DNA of 64,000 nucleotides from the human T2T-CHM13v2.0 reference genome, Homo sapiens (GCF_009914755.1 NC_060929.1); one strand, 5' to 3'. Positions 46,198 to 60,953 are shown, numbered from the stretch's first letter. Numbers and translations are program-made. Notes: a model not told the origin generated them from the sequence alone.

Positions 46198-47100
46198 CTT
46201 TTTTTTCTTTTTAGAAGGAAAGCCTTTTCCAATAATACTGTTTCCACCTTATGTAAAAGTGAGCAAATTTGACCCTTTAGCTTTTATGTTAAAACCTTTG
46301 TACGTAATTACATAACATGATGCCTCCCTAGGAAGTGGTGGCCAATTGCCATAACGAACACCTATGAGAGAACTACGGTTTTCGTACTTCCAGAAGAATT
46401 TTCCAGCTCTTTACTGTTTACTGAGAAGCTCTTCTATTCTCTTCCACCTGAAGACTGGAAGAAGACCTAACAAATAGGTTTCTTTGTTAACCCTATTTGT
46501 TAGTTGCTCAGGCCCTTGAACACCATCCTCCTCGCTGCTGTGTCAGCTGACAGACCAAGCCTCCACAGCCCACACTGAACGTTCGCTCCCACTGGTCTTC
46601 AGACTCTTTAATAGCTTTCTGATAGTAGGAAAGGTAACAGTTGGTCTGGCTCCTAAAGGCTTATGAGGTATTAAGCCAGCTCAGAAGTCTAGGTGCTATT
46701 AAAGTCAGGAAAGGAGAATATTAGATATCATTCCTGCACTCTGCAGTAGCAGGCCATATCAGCAGCACTTGCTCCCCCTGCCCATCAAAAAGTAGTCTCC
46801 GTCTAAAAAAGAAGGAAAAGTATTTAGAGAGGAAATCTTGTGATACACTTGTGCCCATGTTACTGACAGTATAATGCTACAACATCAAGCACAGAAAGCC
46901 CAGACTTTGATTATCAAGCATTCATAAACTTTCAGGAGCCTTATAGCAGACCTGGTGAATATCCACAAGAATGTTTTATTTTAAGGTATTATCTTTGAAG
47001 CTTCAGTATTGTATGTGTTTGTGCACTCTCTTAGGAGAAACAGATTTTTGTGCATAAGGACTACAGTCTGAAAGTCTGTCTCTTTCTCTGGTTTGTTAAG

Positions 47101-47188
47101 GACCAAGAAGCTGATAATTGATGTGATCCGGAACCAGCCAGGGAACACATTGACAGAAATCTTAGAGACACCAGCAACTGCGCAACAG
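47101..47188 (+). CDS. IQGAP2: IQGAP2 exon (~31): TKKLIIDVIRNQPGNTLTEILETPATAQQ
   Basis: gttaag acceptor, CAG|gtaatt donor; 88 nt, phase 2-0. Confidence 0.95.
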
Positions 47189-47896
47189 GTAATTTGACTT
47201 TAAGTGTAAAATAATAATAGACAGGTGTTGATTTTCTTCATAAATCTTTATGCCATATGTTTATTATCTCAGAGAAACTGTATCTGACATGGTCCGGAAG
47301 TAAGGAATTTTATCTATTACTGCAGTGGACTTAGTTCAGCCATATATAAACCTGTATGAAGTATCAATGGGAATGAAATAGAAAATACAGCACCAAATTC
47401 ATGCCGAATATACTTTTGTCTTAACCTAGGATGATAGTTCTGGGTTTTTCAAAGCCCGGAAATGTTCATCATAATGGGCAAATAAGTCAGTTGAGAGAGT
47501 TCTAGCTGACAGGATATTGAAAAATACCTTTCACATTTTATGTATTTACTAACTTGAAACAAATAAGCGACTCACATGTTAAAGATGTTTTCCAAATGCT
47601 TCAGAAGCAAATGTTGAGTCCACTGAGTCAAAGCATCATTATGTTAGCGTAAGTGAGGTTTCACAACAATCTTGCATTTAGCTTTTTATTAACATCTTTG
47701 AAAATACGTCATTGTTCGTTCTAAAATAAATTCAAGGTTGTTATTTTAGTACCAATAATTGCCGCTCCCTAAACAAAAGTTAATTATTTAATTAACTATT
47801 TCTTAGCACAGCTACACATAATTTTCCTGGATCATTCTTAATTTAATTGATTGCCAAGGAATCCTTGTAATAGTTTTTAATTTAAAAAATATAAAA

Positions 47897-48040
47897 GGCT
47901 GGGCATGGTGGCTCATGTCTGTAATCCCAATACTTTGGAAGGCTGAGGTGTGTAGATCACTTGAGCCCAGGAGTTCAACACCAGCCTGGACAACACAGTG
48001 AGACCCCCATCTCTAATTTTTAAAAATTTTTAATAAAAAA
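47897..48040 (+). mobile_element. FLAM_C-like Alu monomer
   Basis: single left arm. Confidence 0.85.
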
Positions 48041-48179
48041 TGTAAAGCAAAACTTCAAATCACATGTTTGTTAATATGTGGGTATGTTTTAAACAATGTG
48101 GGTAAAATATTATACTAGGTTAGTATAAAAGACTTTTACTCCTTACTATTTTTCATTTTCCCCTAAATGTATCATGAAT

Positions 48180-48400
48180 AAGTGACTAAGAACACAGACT
48201 TCTGAGATCAACTATACCTCTGCACCTCCTAGGTGTGTAACTCTGTGCACTTAGAAGCATTGCTGTGCCGCAGTTTCCTCAACTGTAAAATGGGTATAAT
48301 AATAGTACCCAGCTCACAGGCAGGATTAAGTCAATTAAACATGTTAAGTGGGTACATCTGTATCTGGTGCACATTAAGTGCTCAACAATGTTGGCTGCTG
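48180..48400 (+). mobile_element. MIR
   Basis: cagtttcctcaactgtaaaatgggtataataatagtacc core. Confidence 0.78.
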
Positions 48401-49199
48401 CTTTTGTTATTTACTGCTAACCTGGTAATAATGTTCCAATAATATTGACCTACCTGTCCTGTGTCTAAGATTACTGTCCCTAACTAATAGTCGTTTCCTT
48501 AGACTTCATCTATTGGGTCAGTCAATTGTCTAGTACAATGAAATGGGAAGACCAATAGTCTCTTTTTGTTACTGTTTCCTTGAACAGACTATCCAAAGAG
48601 TATTCATTCATTCATTCATTTACTCATCGTTTGGGAATTTATAATGTGCTAGAATATTCTTATTCCCTTTGGCTCAAAGAAACTTTGCAAGTTTTTCAGA
48701 GTTGCTGGTTTGTGATTCCCTTATAAGAATAAAGCTCTCTGACTGCCTTACTGTTGGTTTAGTTTAGGACTCTCCATAAACATGGCTGATGTGTGAGAGT
48801 TTAGCTGGGTTCTGAACATTCAGGGTTCTCATAGCCACATTTCAATAGGTAATCTAGTTTTAGTTTCCTCAGCTAGCCTATCCAGGAATTGAAATCCTTC
48901 CATGTGGGGAACAAAGTAGCAGTTATCCATTAAAATATGTCCATTACTATAGTGATTTGTCACCTTGGCAATAAAGTAGCTATTGAGAATTTTTCCCAAA
49001 TAAGGCTTGCTATCGAAAAGATGAAGTAATTCCTTTCAAAGACCTACTTCAAAACTCAGGAAGAACATGTTCTGGTTCTAGTCTCTGAACTTTGGCTGGA
49101 GGACTACTTTCATTTTGACATTAACTTGCATTGTGTAGCTTATGAACTGTGAAATTAGGGGATCAGAGAAAACTCAGCATCTTGATATTCTCTTTTCAG

Positions 49200-49412
49200 G
49201 AGGTAGACCATGCCACGGACATGGTGAGCCGTGCAATGATAGATTCCAGGACTCCAGAAGAAATGAAGCATAGCCAATCTATGATTGAAGATGCACAGCT
49301 GCCTCTTGAGCAGAAGAAGAGGAAAATCCAGAGGAATCTTCGGACGTTGGAACAGACTGGACACGTGTCATCCGAAAATAAATACCAAGACATTCTCAAT
49401 GAGATTGCCAAG
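49200..49412 (+). CDS. IQGAP2: IQGAP2 exon (~32), RGCT: EVDHATDMVSRAMIDSRTPEEMKHSQS...YQDILNEIAK
   Basis: ctcttttcag acceptor, AAG|gttttt donor; 213 nt, phase 0-0. Confidence 0.95.
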
Positions 49413-49491
49413 GTTTTTGGAAACAGTATTCTTTCTTCCTTCACTTAGCAGACATTTGCTAATCACCAGTCAAGTGCTGGGCACTCTGTGA

Positions 49492-49848
<357 letters not shown>

Positions 49849-50561
49849 TGATGACTTTTAAGAGAAAACAATCACAACACTTTCATGTCATTAGGAGAGT
49901 TGAAACAGACCAGAAATAAATACTAAAAAATGTACTTGACAAGTTTGGTCTATACCTTTAAAGTTTTAAAAATAACACTATTGGAAGAGTTTTCTCCTGA
50001 GATGTTAGTTGTCATATAGCTCAGTTGCTCTTAGAACCTGCCACTGAGATGGAACTCTGTGTCCCTGATCATTTGTTTTTAAGCAATTTAGCCTAAATGC
50101 AGTTCAGACTTGAAGATTAGTTTCTGTTTTCTTATCCAATATTTTTACACTTGAGAAACTTCCTGAGCAAAGGATCTCAACTTAGTGCAATGAAACATCA
50201 CAGGAAGTGGCTGAGATCTGTTTGTCAAGGATAAGGAAGTATATATTTGGGTTAGAAGGATATTTCATTCTTTTTATTCAAACATGCAAATTAATATGGA
50301 TCTAGAGGTTAAAGGCAGTTAAATGACCAGAAAAAAAAAAAATTTCTCACCTTCTGGAAGGGAAATGCGCTCAGCTTTGTTCTTTGATAGAAAATTATGT
50401 TCAATTCTGGCAGTAGGCTTATTCCTTCTAGCCCAAGTGACTCAAGGGAAATAACATTTCTTTCTTTAGTTTGGGGGTAGAAATATTTCTATTTGGGAAT
50501 ATGGGGTAGATAAATATATGCTTTTGCTTTAAAAAAGAAAAAGGCTATCATGAAGACATGA

Positions 50562-50650
50562 TATTCTATTTAATGAATATTCTATTATATGAAGAATTTC
50601 TATTTAATGAAGAATTCTATTTAATGAAGAATATTCTATTTAATGAAGAA
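50562..50650. repeat. Minisatellite, ~5 copies of a 16-19-bp unit (attctatttaatgaa core)
   Basis: direct reading. Confidence 0.85.
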
Positions 50651-51080
50651 ATTTTACCTAAGGGCATGGGGAAGTTGTGGGGGAGTGTATGTGTATGTAG
50701 GTATTTCTTTGAATTCCTAGGGGAATGGTTTTTAACTTGTTTACAAAAGAAAAATAATATTAAACAGGCACCGTTTTCTTAAGTCAAACATTTTCATAAC
50801 TTACCAATTAGAATTATGAAAAAAACTTATATCTGCAAGTTTAAATTTAGCATAGCTCTTGTAAGCTATAAGCAGCTTATGCAACTTAATGTTCTAGGAA
50901 TTCTATTTAAATCCAAGTAATAGTTATCAATGTTGAATCTTTTCACTCAGTCTTGACAGCCCAGTGTTGTTTTTTCAAACCTTGGGAAATATTTGTCAGA
51001 TGAAAAAGTTTGTTCTTTTCTTATTTTAAAAATGAATTTAACAATTAAATGTAAACTTTTTTAGTTTAAAGTACTATTCA

Positions 51081-51390
<310 letters not shown>

Positions 51391-51733
51391 AGTCTGAAGA
51401 AATTGCATTTCTGCTACTTTGTGCCCCTTTTAAAACGCAATTTTTCCTTAAACTAAATGTGTGGTTATTCTAAAATAACTTCTTTGCCTTTCCATCCAGA
51501 GCAAAATTAATGTTAACAAGTCTCTTAAAGTGAAATATGTACACTTTCCAGTTCTGAAGTAAAAAGGGATGGGAACCCTGTGGTGTTGAGAGTAAAATAA
51601 GGTGCCTGAGATAAGCTACAAGTCAAGTTACAAATAGCGACTTACTACTGCTTGATATTCTTCTTGTCCCAAACTGGCAATATCATAAAGCAAACTTCTG
51701 CTTAAATATGATACCCCTTACTTGTTGTTTTAG

Positions 51734-51894
51734 GATATTCGAAATCAAAGAATCTATCGTAAGCTTCGAAAAGCTGAATTGGCAAAACTTCAGCAGACCC
51801 TGAATGCACTTAACAAGAAGGCAGCATTTTATGAAGAGCAAATCAATTATTATGACACCTACATAAAGACTTGTTTAGACAACTTAAAAAGAAA
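51734..51894 (+). CDS. IQGAP2: IQGAP2 exon (~33): DIRNQRIYRKLRKAELAKLQQTL...YIKTCLDNLKRK
   Basis: ttttag acceptor, gtaagt donor; 161 nt, phase 0-2. Confidence 0.97.
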
Positions 51895-52579
51895 GTAAGT
51901 TAAAATCATGTCATGTTCATTTGTAATGTCATGATTTCTATGAGATGTCAATTCTGTGTTTCTAGGCAGTTGGGTTGGGTATGGAAGAAAACTTTTTGCT
52001 CTGTCTTCTAACCGAAAACTAGAGTCTCAGTTTTATTATTTGCCACTGTGAACTAAGAAGTCAGGAGTAAGTGAAAGCTTTTCAATTCCCCACCAGCACT
52101 AGAATTAAAGTGGCTTACCTGTTGTATATTGAACAAATAGCATTAGTAAGTTAGGGAAGCACTTTCATTATTCCTTTTGTCTTTTTTAGCCAAAGATTTT
52201 TTTAAATACTATTATTTTTAAAGTCTCTTGTTTTTGGAATGTATTTTATATAATTGATAATATTAGATAATGCCAGGTGTTTGCTAATTGCACAGAGCAG
52301 CTGAATGTTTTTAAATTGCTTCATGGTTTTAAAAAATTATTGACACAACTGGCAAAATTTGGCAGCTGTCTATTATCCATTAGCATAAGTATTATAGGTT
52401 TTTATATACAGTATAGCCATTTTTAATGAATATCCTTTGCTTAGTAATTATTCTTATCACTAGACTATGATCAATGCTAGTTAAATTTTAATTACCCATT
52501 TAAATATGTAGTACAATATTTTTATATAATCCTTGTCATCAAATTGGCAGGAGGAAATGGTGCTGTATGGAAAAATCTG

Positions 52580-53250
52580 TTGCATTAATCATAGATCTTT
52601 TAAATTTTATTGCAAATTGACTATAATTTTATGTATTCCTGGGGTACAAGGTGATGTTATCATTTATTATTACAATGTGAAATAATTAATTCATATATGC
52701 ATCACCTCAAATACTTAGTTTTTGTGATAAGAACACTTGAAATTTACTCCTAGCAGTTTTTAAATGTGCAATACATTATTATTAGCTATATTCACCACAC
52801 TGTGCAATAGATTTCAAAAAAAAACTGATTCCTCCTAAGATTTCATATCCTTTGACCATCATCTCCCCGTTTCCCCCACCCTCCAGCCTCTGAAACCACC
52901 ATTCTATTCTGCTTCTATGAGTTCAACTTTTTTAGATTCCACATATAAGCGAGAACATGTGGTATTTGCCTTTCTGTGCCTGGCCTATTTCACTTAGCAT
53001 AGTGTCCTCTAATTCTGTCCACATTGCCCCAAATGTCAGAATTTCTTTGTTTTAGGGCCGAATAGTATTCTTCTGTGTGTATATATACCACATTTTCTTT
53101 ACCTGTTCATCTGTTAGTAGATTCTTAGGTTGATTTCATAACTTAGCTAACGTGTGAGTAGTGCTGCAATGAAGATGGGAGTGCAGACATCTCTTTGACA
53201 AACTGATTTCACATCTTGGAGTAAACACCCAGAAGTTGGATTGCTGAAAT
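52580..53250 (-). mobile_element. L1MA 3' end
   Basis: ttttagattccacatataagcgagaacatgtggtatttg; gcaatgaagatgggagtgcagacatctct. Confidence 0.85.
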
Positions 53251-53322
53251 CACAGAAGATTTGATAAAGGGATGCAGCCACATTTAAACCTTATTGATTT
53301 GGCTCCCACTAGTCCTGAATTT

Positions 53323-53348
53323 TAGTTCATTTGCTTCAGGCTTCTCTC

Positions 53349-53414
<66 letters not shown>

Positions 53415-53462
53415 GTGCTCTCTCTCTCTCCATATATAGTTCATTTGCTTCAGGCTTCTCTC

Positions 53463-53514
<52 letters not shown>

Positions 53515-53650
53515 GTGCTCTCTCTCTCTCCATATATAGTTCATTTGCTTCAGGCTTCTCTCTGTTTCTCTCTCTCTCTCTCTCTCTCTCACTCTCACTC
53601 TCGTGCTCTCTCTCTCTCCATATATAGTTCATTTGCTTCAGGCTTCTTTC

Positions 53651-53688
<38 letters not shown>

Positions 53689-53736
53689 GTGCTCTCTCTC
53701 TCTCCATATATAGTTCATTTGCTTCAGGCTTCTTTC

Positions 53737-53788
<52 letters not shown>

Positions 53789-53812
53789 GTGCTCTCTCTC
53801 TCTCTATATATA
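53323..53812. repeat. Compound VNTR, 5 copies of an 86-114-bp unit with an embedded (CT)n
   Basis: units start at 53323, 53437, 53537, 53625, 53711. Confidence 0.97.
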
Positions 53813-54147
53813 TATATACAAAAATACACTAAATATGTATATACACACACTATATATAGTGTGCATATGCACTTATAATTACATAAACATATACACTATA
53901 CACTAAATATAGGAAGGAAGGAAGAATATATACATATACATGCAAGGAAGAAGTTGGTCAAGCTTACTTTCAGTAGAAATGAGATTGTTAGGGATTTACT
54001 TTAAGGCATTTCACACAAGATCCACAGTCGGGCGAATTGGATTTGGGTTCTGATTCTCTCTTATGTCGTGTGATCTTGAGCCCAGTTCAGTGAACTTTGA
54101 GCCTCAGTTTTCTCATCCTTAAGGTGGAATTAAGAGTACCAGCCTCA

Positions 54148-54444
<297 letters not shown>

Positions 54445-54913
54445 TTAAAAGTACTATGGAAATGTTAATTTTGGAAATGTGAGGTAATATTTATAAGGCA
54501 CTTAGAACAATGCTAGCCACATAGTGTTTGTTAAATAGATTAAAACAGTCCTAGTAATATCGTTATCTAGGAATACACAGTTCATGTTATTGCACCAAAG
54601 CTACTTCTGAAATGACTAAAGATAGCCACTTGGTTCAATATACCTGAGAAAATAGAGTGTAAGTTTTATTAAAAATGTTAGTCTGTAATGCAAACTTCAG
54701 TCACTTGGGAAATCCCTTTCCCCACAAACAGTTTAGTAGTGAAGTTGCACTCTATGGACAAAATTACCTACTATCACAAAATAAAAAAGTGTATATTCAG
54801 CGCTCTGAGGGCCAGGTATGAACAGCGATGTCACTCTGAGTATGGTAATCGCACTACCAGAAGCCTCTGCATTTGCCATCATAACAACAAATGTTCTGTT
54901 CTTATTTTGTCAG

Positions 54914-55051
54914 AAATACTCGGAGATCAATTAAACTAGATGGAAAAGGAGAACCCAAAGGGGCGAAGAGAGCGAAGCCAGTGAAGTACACTGCAGCAAA
55001 GCTGCATGAGAAAGGTGTCCTGCTAGATATAGATGATCTTCAAACAAACCA
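54914..55051 (+). CDS. IQGAP2: IQGAP2 exon (~34): NTRRSIKLDGKGEPKGAKRAKPVKYTAAKLHEKGVLLDIDDLQTNQ
   Basis: ttttgtcag acceptor, gtaagt donor; 138 nt, phase 2-2. Confidence 0.97.
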
Positions 55052-55649
55052 GTAAGTGTGACCTGGAATCTGCATAGAACACGCATGCCATTTGATTTCT
55101 TGTGGCCTTGGAGAGAGCTCCATTTGGTCTAGCAAGGCTTAACCTCAATTACTGATGGGTGACAAGGGAAGAATACACAAATTGTTATGGCTACTCTTCC
55201 CTTGGCCTCAGCATCTGGTGCTGTCAGTCATATGTAGTGTTGATCAGTGGTTGTCTTTCCCGTGGCTTGTGCAATATGTTTGGATTGGTGAACCTCCAGA
55301 ACTGAGTCATAGCAATGAGAGTAAAAGGCTGTCTTTTGGTCTTGATGGATGAATTATCTACCATTGCAAAATAGCACCTTTCTCATTTAAAATAGGCTGT
55401 GCCAACCCCTGGATCAGAGCCATTTCCAAAGCATGCTGTGAGTGTGTGTATTCGGTGTAGTGGAAAAAACAAACCCTCCTTCACAGCCCCACATCAGGCA
55501 CCATGTGCTGCCTCCTTTTAAAGGGGTCATGAGCCCAGTGTTCCATCACTTTCTTGTCCTAAAATCTCAAGGGAAGCCAGACTCACTGGCATTTGCCTTT
55601 TCTTTAACTCCTGCCTTCCTTCAAAGCCTGACTTCTGTTTATCCCATGA

Positions 55650-55971
<322 letters not shown>

Positions 55972-56319
55972 TGAAATACTCAATTGGCTATAGGTCAATA
56001 ATGTTCATGTTCTGTGACTCACATATTTCCAATTATGTTTTATGCTCTTGAAGAGCAAGGACCGTATCTTCTATTTCTTTTGTAATAAAGCACCTATGTC
56101 AGAACTCTATGAGCTACAGATCTCAACAATAGCCATCAAACCTAGTGTTTGGAGAGCAGAATTGGGGGAAAGATGACGTGAGGTTTTTGGTGACTTCCTT
56201 AGGATTTTCTCAACAAGCCATTATTTAAAAATGATTATTTGAGATTCCATTAGTTTGTTTCAGCTTTAAGCACATCTGTATTTGTAATTTCTCATGTATG
56301 AATGTTCCTTTCTTCACAG

Positions 56320-56428
56320 GTTTAAGAATGTTACATTTGATATCATAGCTACTGAAGATGTAGGCATTTTCGATGTAAGATCAAAATTCCTTGGTGTTGA
56401 GATGGAAAAGGTGCAACTCAATATTCAG
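56320..56428 (+). CDS. IQGAP2: IQGAP2 exon (~35): FKNVTFDIIATEDVGIFDVRSKFLGVEMEKVQLNIQ
   Basis: ctttcttcacag acceptor, CAG|gtaagc donor; 109 nt, phase 2-0. Confidence 0.97.
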
Positions 56429-56529
56429 GTAAGCTGCTGGAATTTCTGCACATTGATGATAAATTTTATATGTGGATCATACATTGCTACCCTGGCTCTC
56501 TCTCTTCAGGACAACAATAAAGTTTAACA

Positions 56530-56581
56530 GAAAACCAGTGCCAGCCTTATTTGCCGAAAACCAGTGCCAGCCTTATTTGCC
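56530..56581. repeat. Perfect 26-bp tandem duplication
   Basis: GAAAACCAGTGCCAGCCTTATTTGCC x2. Confidence 0.97.
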
Positions 56582-56799
56582 AATATTTGTTAAGTGTTGA
56601 TGATTTTTAAGAGCTGTGACTTTTCAAATGATTGGAAATTGATATGCTTCTAGCTGGCAAACCATAGCAGTCAGTTTCTCTAAGCCATGTTTCCATTTTA
56701 AAGCTTAGACAAAAGAATATAATTTAAAAGTATTCAGAGCTATTAAATAAATGCTATAAATTTTCCTTTTATTGGAAACTTGCATTTCTTTCTAAGACT

Positions 56800-57326
<527 letters not shown>

Positions 57327-60182
57327 TAGTTTTTACGTCAATTTATTAACTCTATTTGTCAAATGCTTGGGATCACAGGAATGAAAGGCATTATGCAAAA
57401 CAGATATCTATACATAGAAAAATGGTGTTTGCAATATAAATTATCGTTATTTTATCATAAGAGCCACATTTAAGCCAAATACACGTAAATGAAAACCGAG
57501 AAATCCAGTTTCTGTGCAAAAAAAAAAAAAAAAGAGAGCACTGCAAACAAATGTTCATCTGCCCCCAACTTCTTAATCCTTAGCACAAAACCAATTTAAA
57601 GAAGTAATTTATTTTTCTTTTTTGATGTAACACTTTTTAAATGGAAATAACATCTTACCTGGGCCCCAAACTACTTACAAAATGGTTTCCAGGTATTTTG
57701 CATATGTTTACATGAATCATCTCACTAAGATCCTGAGAGTGATGTGAATTCTGGCCTCACTGTCTGTGCAGCCCAGGGCTCCATGCACTGGAATTACTTC
57801 CCCATCATGGGAGTGTGTGCCAGAGCCCTTCTTTTCTGGCAGCCCTTGTAAGTTTAAAAGAAAAACGGGAGCTGAATGGGTTTGATAAGGACATTGAGAT
57901 AATGGAGTAAATTAGAATTCGGAGATAAGATGAAAGCTATTATGTAATTATTGAAAGTATAATTAAGTAAACAGTATTGTTTTCTAACTTACTTTAAATG
58001 TCACTAAATGTATCCATTTAATAATTTAGCTAATTAGGGTCTTCAGTTATTTTGTGTAACAGATAAATACAGGAAGAGAAAAGAAGGTGCTTGTGGTGAT
58101 ACCCTTTGGTTAGTGATTCCTCTGTAGAAATAGCAAAAGACATATGTGATTGCCAAGAAGGAAATTATCCAGGGCCAGTCAATATCAACTGGACCAATGA
58201 GTCACAAGTGACCAGGAGACACCTTATATTGTGTTTAGAGAGAAAGCAATAATTCCATGAGACTTCCTTTGAGTACTGGTATAAAAACCAAGCTTCACTT
58301 GTTCCTTTGTTAAGGATTCTGTATACAGTAAGATTAGCTGTTCATACCATTCATTTATACACATAATGGATTGTGAAATGTTAATCCTTAGCTATATGCA
58401 GGTGACCAGTATGTCCTGGGTTTTTTAAATCAGTAGTGCATAATCAGAACTGGCTACATCCTTAGCAGGGCTCAGAGCAAAATAAAAATGCAGTGCCCTG
58501 TTTTTAAAATTATTAAGGATTTTAGGATGATGACAGAAGAGAATAAAACCCTGGGCATGGGACCCTGTGCGGCTGCACAGATTGCATACCCACGGAGCCA
58601 GCCCTGCATTTGATAGCTGTCAGATGTAAAGGCAGACTTCTATTTATATATGCAGCTTTCAGTCAATTGCATGAATGTGTAAATTGTCAAAGAGAAATGT
58701 GATGGCCAGGTCCTTACTGTGAGTAAAGGACCAGGAACAGGACCAAAGTTTGAAAGGACTAAAGAAAGCCCCTTCTAACATTACAGCTCTATGTCTCTTG
58801 GTTATCTTCAGCCCATTTTCCCTTCAGTTCCTAAAGAAAACCATAGGATAGAATTATATCCTATAATTATAGGCCATATAGGTAACAGGAGGATATGACT
58901 TATGTGATATATGTTCTTCTTGTAAAAATAATGTCAGGTATTTATCGGGGACTGCAGGGTGGGCCTTCTTCCTCTCCTAGATGAAGAACTGAGGTTCAGA
59001 CAGCTAATTATGGAAGATAATTAGCTGGGATAATTATGGAAGATAATGCAGCTGGGATCCAAGTTCTTCATCACTCTAGTCCACTGCCTGTCTCATAGGA
59101 TTCCAGTTGATCCTGCAAGACAAGAGTAGCTTACAAAGGGTTTGCATATACCTTAATCTCATATCTCATTCCCAGTAGCACCCTTGTGAAATTGGCAATG
59201 TTATCCCCAATTTACACACAGGGAAACAGAACTTCAGAGAAGTTATGTCATGTTGCAAGGTCTTAAGATAGCAAATGGCAGAGCTAAAACTAAAGTCTGC
59301 TTTTCAAGTCATGAGTCCAGCCATGTTTTCTCTGCTCCCTACTTTGGGGACCCAGCTACTTCCCCTACATATGCCATTCCTTTTCAATCTAACTCTATTG
59401 GTTTAATTCTTTTCCACTAGACTTTGTTTAACAGATGTTGCATTTCCCAGAGGAAAAGTGAATCTCCTCTACACTCTAAATAGCTAAAAGTATTATTGAT
59501 GAAAGGACTTCAATTCCCTATAGAATTTTAGTTCTAGAAGCATATCTGAATAATGTAGGGGTTTTCTTAAGTGCAGTGAGAGGTAATTGAGGAAGTGGAG
59601 GAGGAAGCTGCCAAGAGTCAGAGTTCTCTCAAAGATGACTCCAACTTCTACAATTGACCTTGCTAGAAACAAGAAAATGAGACTTAGATATTGGGCCAGG
59701 ACAGCTCAGGAATTATATCTTCCATTGGGAAAGGCTTCCTGTACCTATGTTACTATGAAATGTTACAGCTTAGTTTCATGCATATGGCTGGTGTGATCCA
59801 GTTACTTATTTTAAAAAGAGAGTTGATTTCCTTTGTTTATATGCTGGCAGTGAAAAACAGAATGACAGTTCGACTTAAGAATGAGGGCTTGTTCTCAGTA
59901 CAGAAACAGAAGTAGCCTAGATCAAGAAGTGCGGACCACCGCTTTGTACAATGGTCTCCAAACTTTGGTCACTTCATCAGGAAATAGTATGAGCACTTCT
60001 CTCCATACATAGTTATTTGTAAAGTATACATGCTTCTGCTATTGTACTCTAAAACGTGCTGTATTATATACCAAAAAAGTCCAAAAAATGAGAAAAAATA
60101 AATAGAAATAGGAGTTCTAATATTCTTTTTGCTTCCCCAGTGAATGTCTTGCTCACTTCACTTTAAAAAAACACTGCTTTCT

Positions 60183-60513
60183 GTGTTTTTGTTTTTGTTT
60201 TTGTTTTTGTTTTTGTTTTTCGGGTTTTTTGAGACAGAGTCTTTCTCTGTCGCTGAGGCTGGAGTACAGCAGTGCAATCTCGGCTCGCTGCAATCTCTGC
60301 CTACTCTGTTCAAGTGATTTTCCTGCCTCAGCCTCCTGAGTAGCTGGGATTACAAGTGTGCACCACCACGCCCAGCTAATTTTTGTATTTTTAGTAGAGA
60401 TGGGGTTTCGCCATGTTGGCCAGGCTGGTCTCACTCTCCTGACCTCAAGTGATCCACCTGCCTCAGCCTCTCAAACTGCTGGTATTACAGGAATGAGCCA
60501 CCACACCCAGCCA
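60183..60513 (-). mobile_element. AluSx-like with a (TTTTTG)n tail
   Basis: TSD AAAACACTGCTTTCT (60168-60182, 60515-60529). Confidence 0.93.
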
Positions 60514-60840
60514 GAAAACACTGCTTTCTAAAGAATATGCATCTAGCCAGAACTTTGTGTTTTAACATTTTCGATTAAAAATTGAAATTATATATCTGAC
60601 ATTAACTTAATGATCATCATTTACTTTCATACAGCCCTTATCAATTCCAAAAAGCTATTTTCTTTCATCTAAGTCACAATCACTTGGGAATTTATTAAAA
60701 TGCAAATTGATGGGCCCCACCAGAGAGCTACATAACAAGAAATTCCTGTGGGAGGAGCCCAGGCAGCCTTTATTTTAACTAGCCTATGTTTTTAACCAGA
60801 TGATTCTGATGTACACTTAAGTTTTAGAACCCCCATCTAT

Positions 60841-60953
60841 GGCCTGGTGCCATGGCATGCGCCTGTAGTCCTGGCTACTCGGGAGGCTGAGGTGGGAAGA
60901 TAGCTTAAGCCAGGAGTTTGAGACCAACCTGGGCAACATAGTTAGACCCCACC
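60841..60953 (+). mobile_element. FLAM_A/FAM Alu monomer
   Basis: single 7SL-derived monomer. Confidence 0.8.

Noticed and set aside
53323-53812. CRISPR-like pattern of a constant repeat with variable spacers
   Set aside because: The 'spacers' are only (CT)n of varying length; the context is a eukaryotic intron with no cas genes
53294-53850. SLSL/RERE ORFs
   Set aside because: Translations of the microsatellite; no coding evidence
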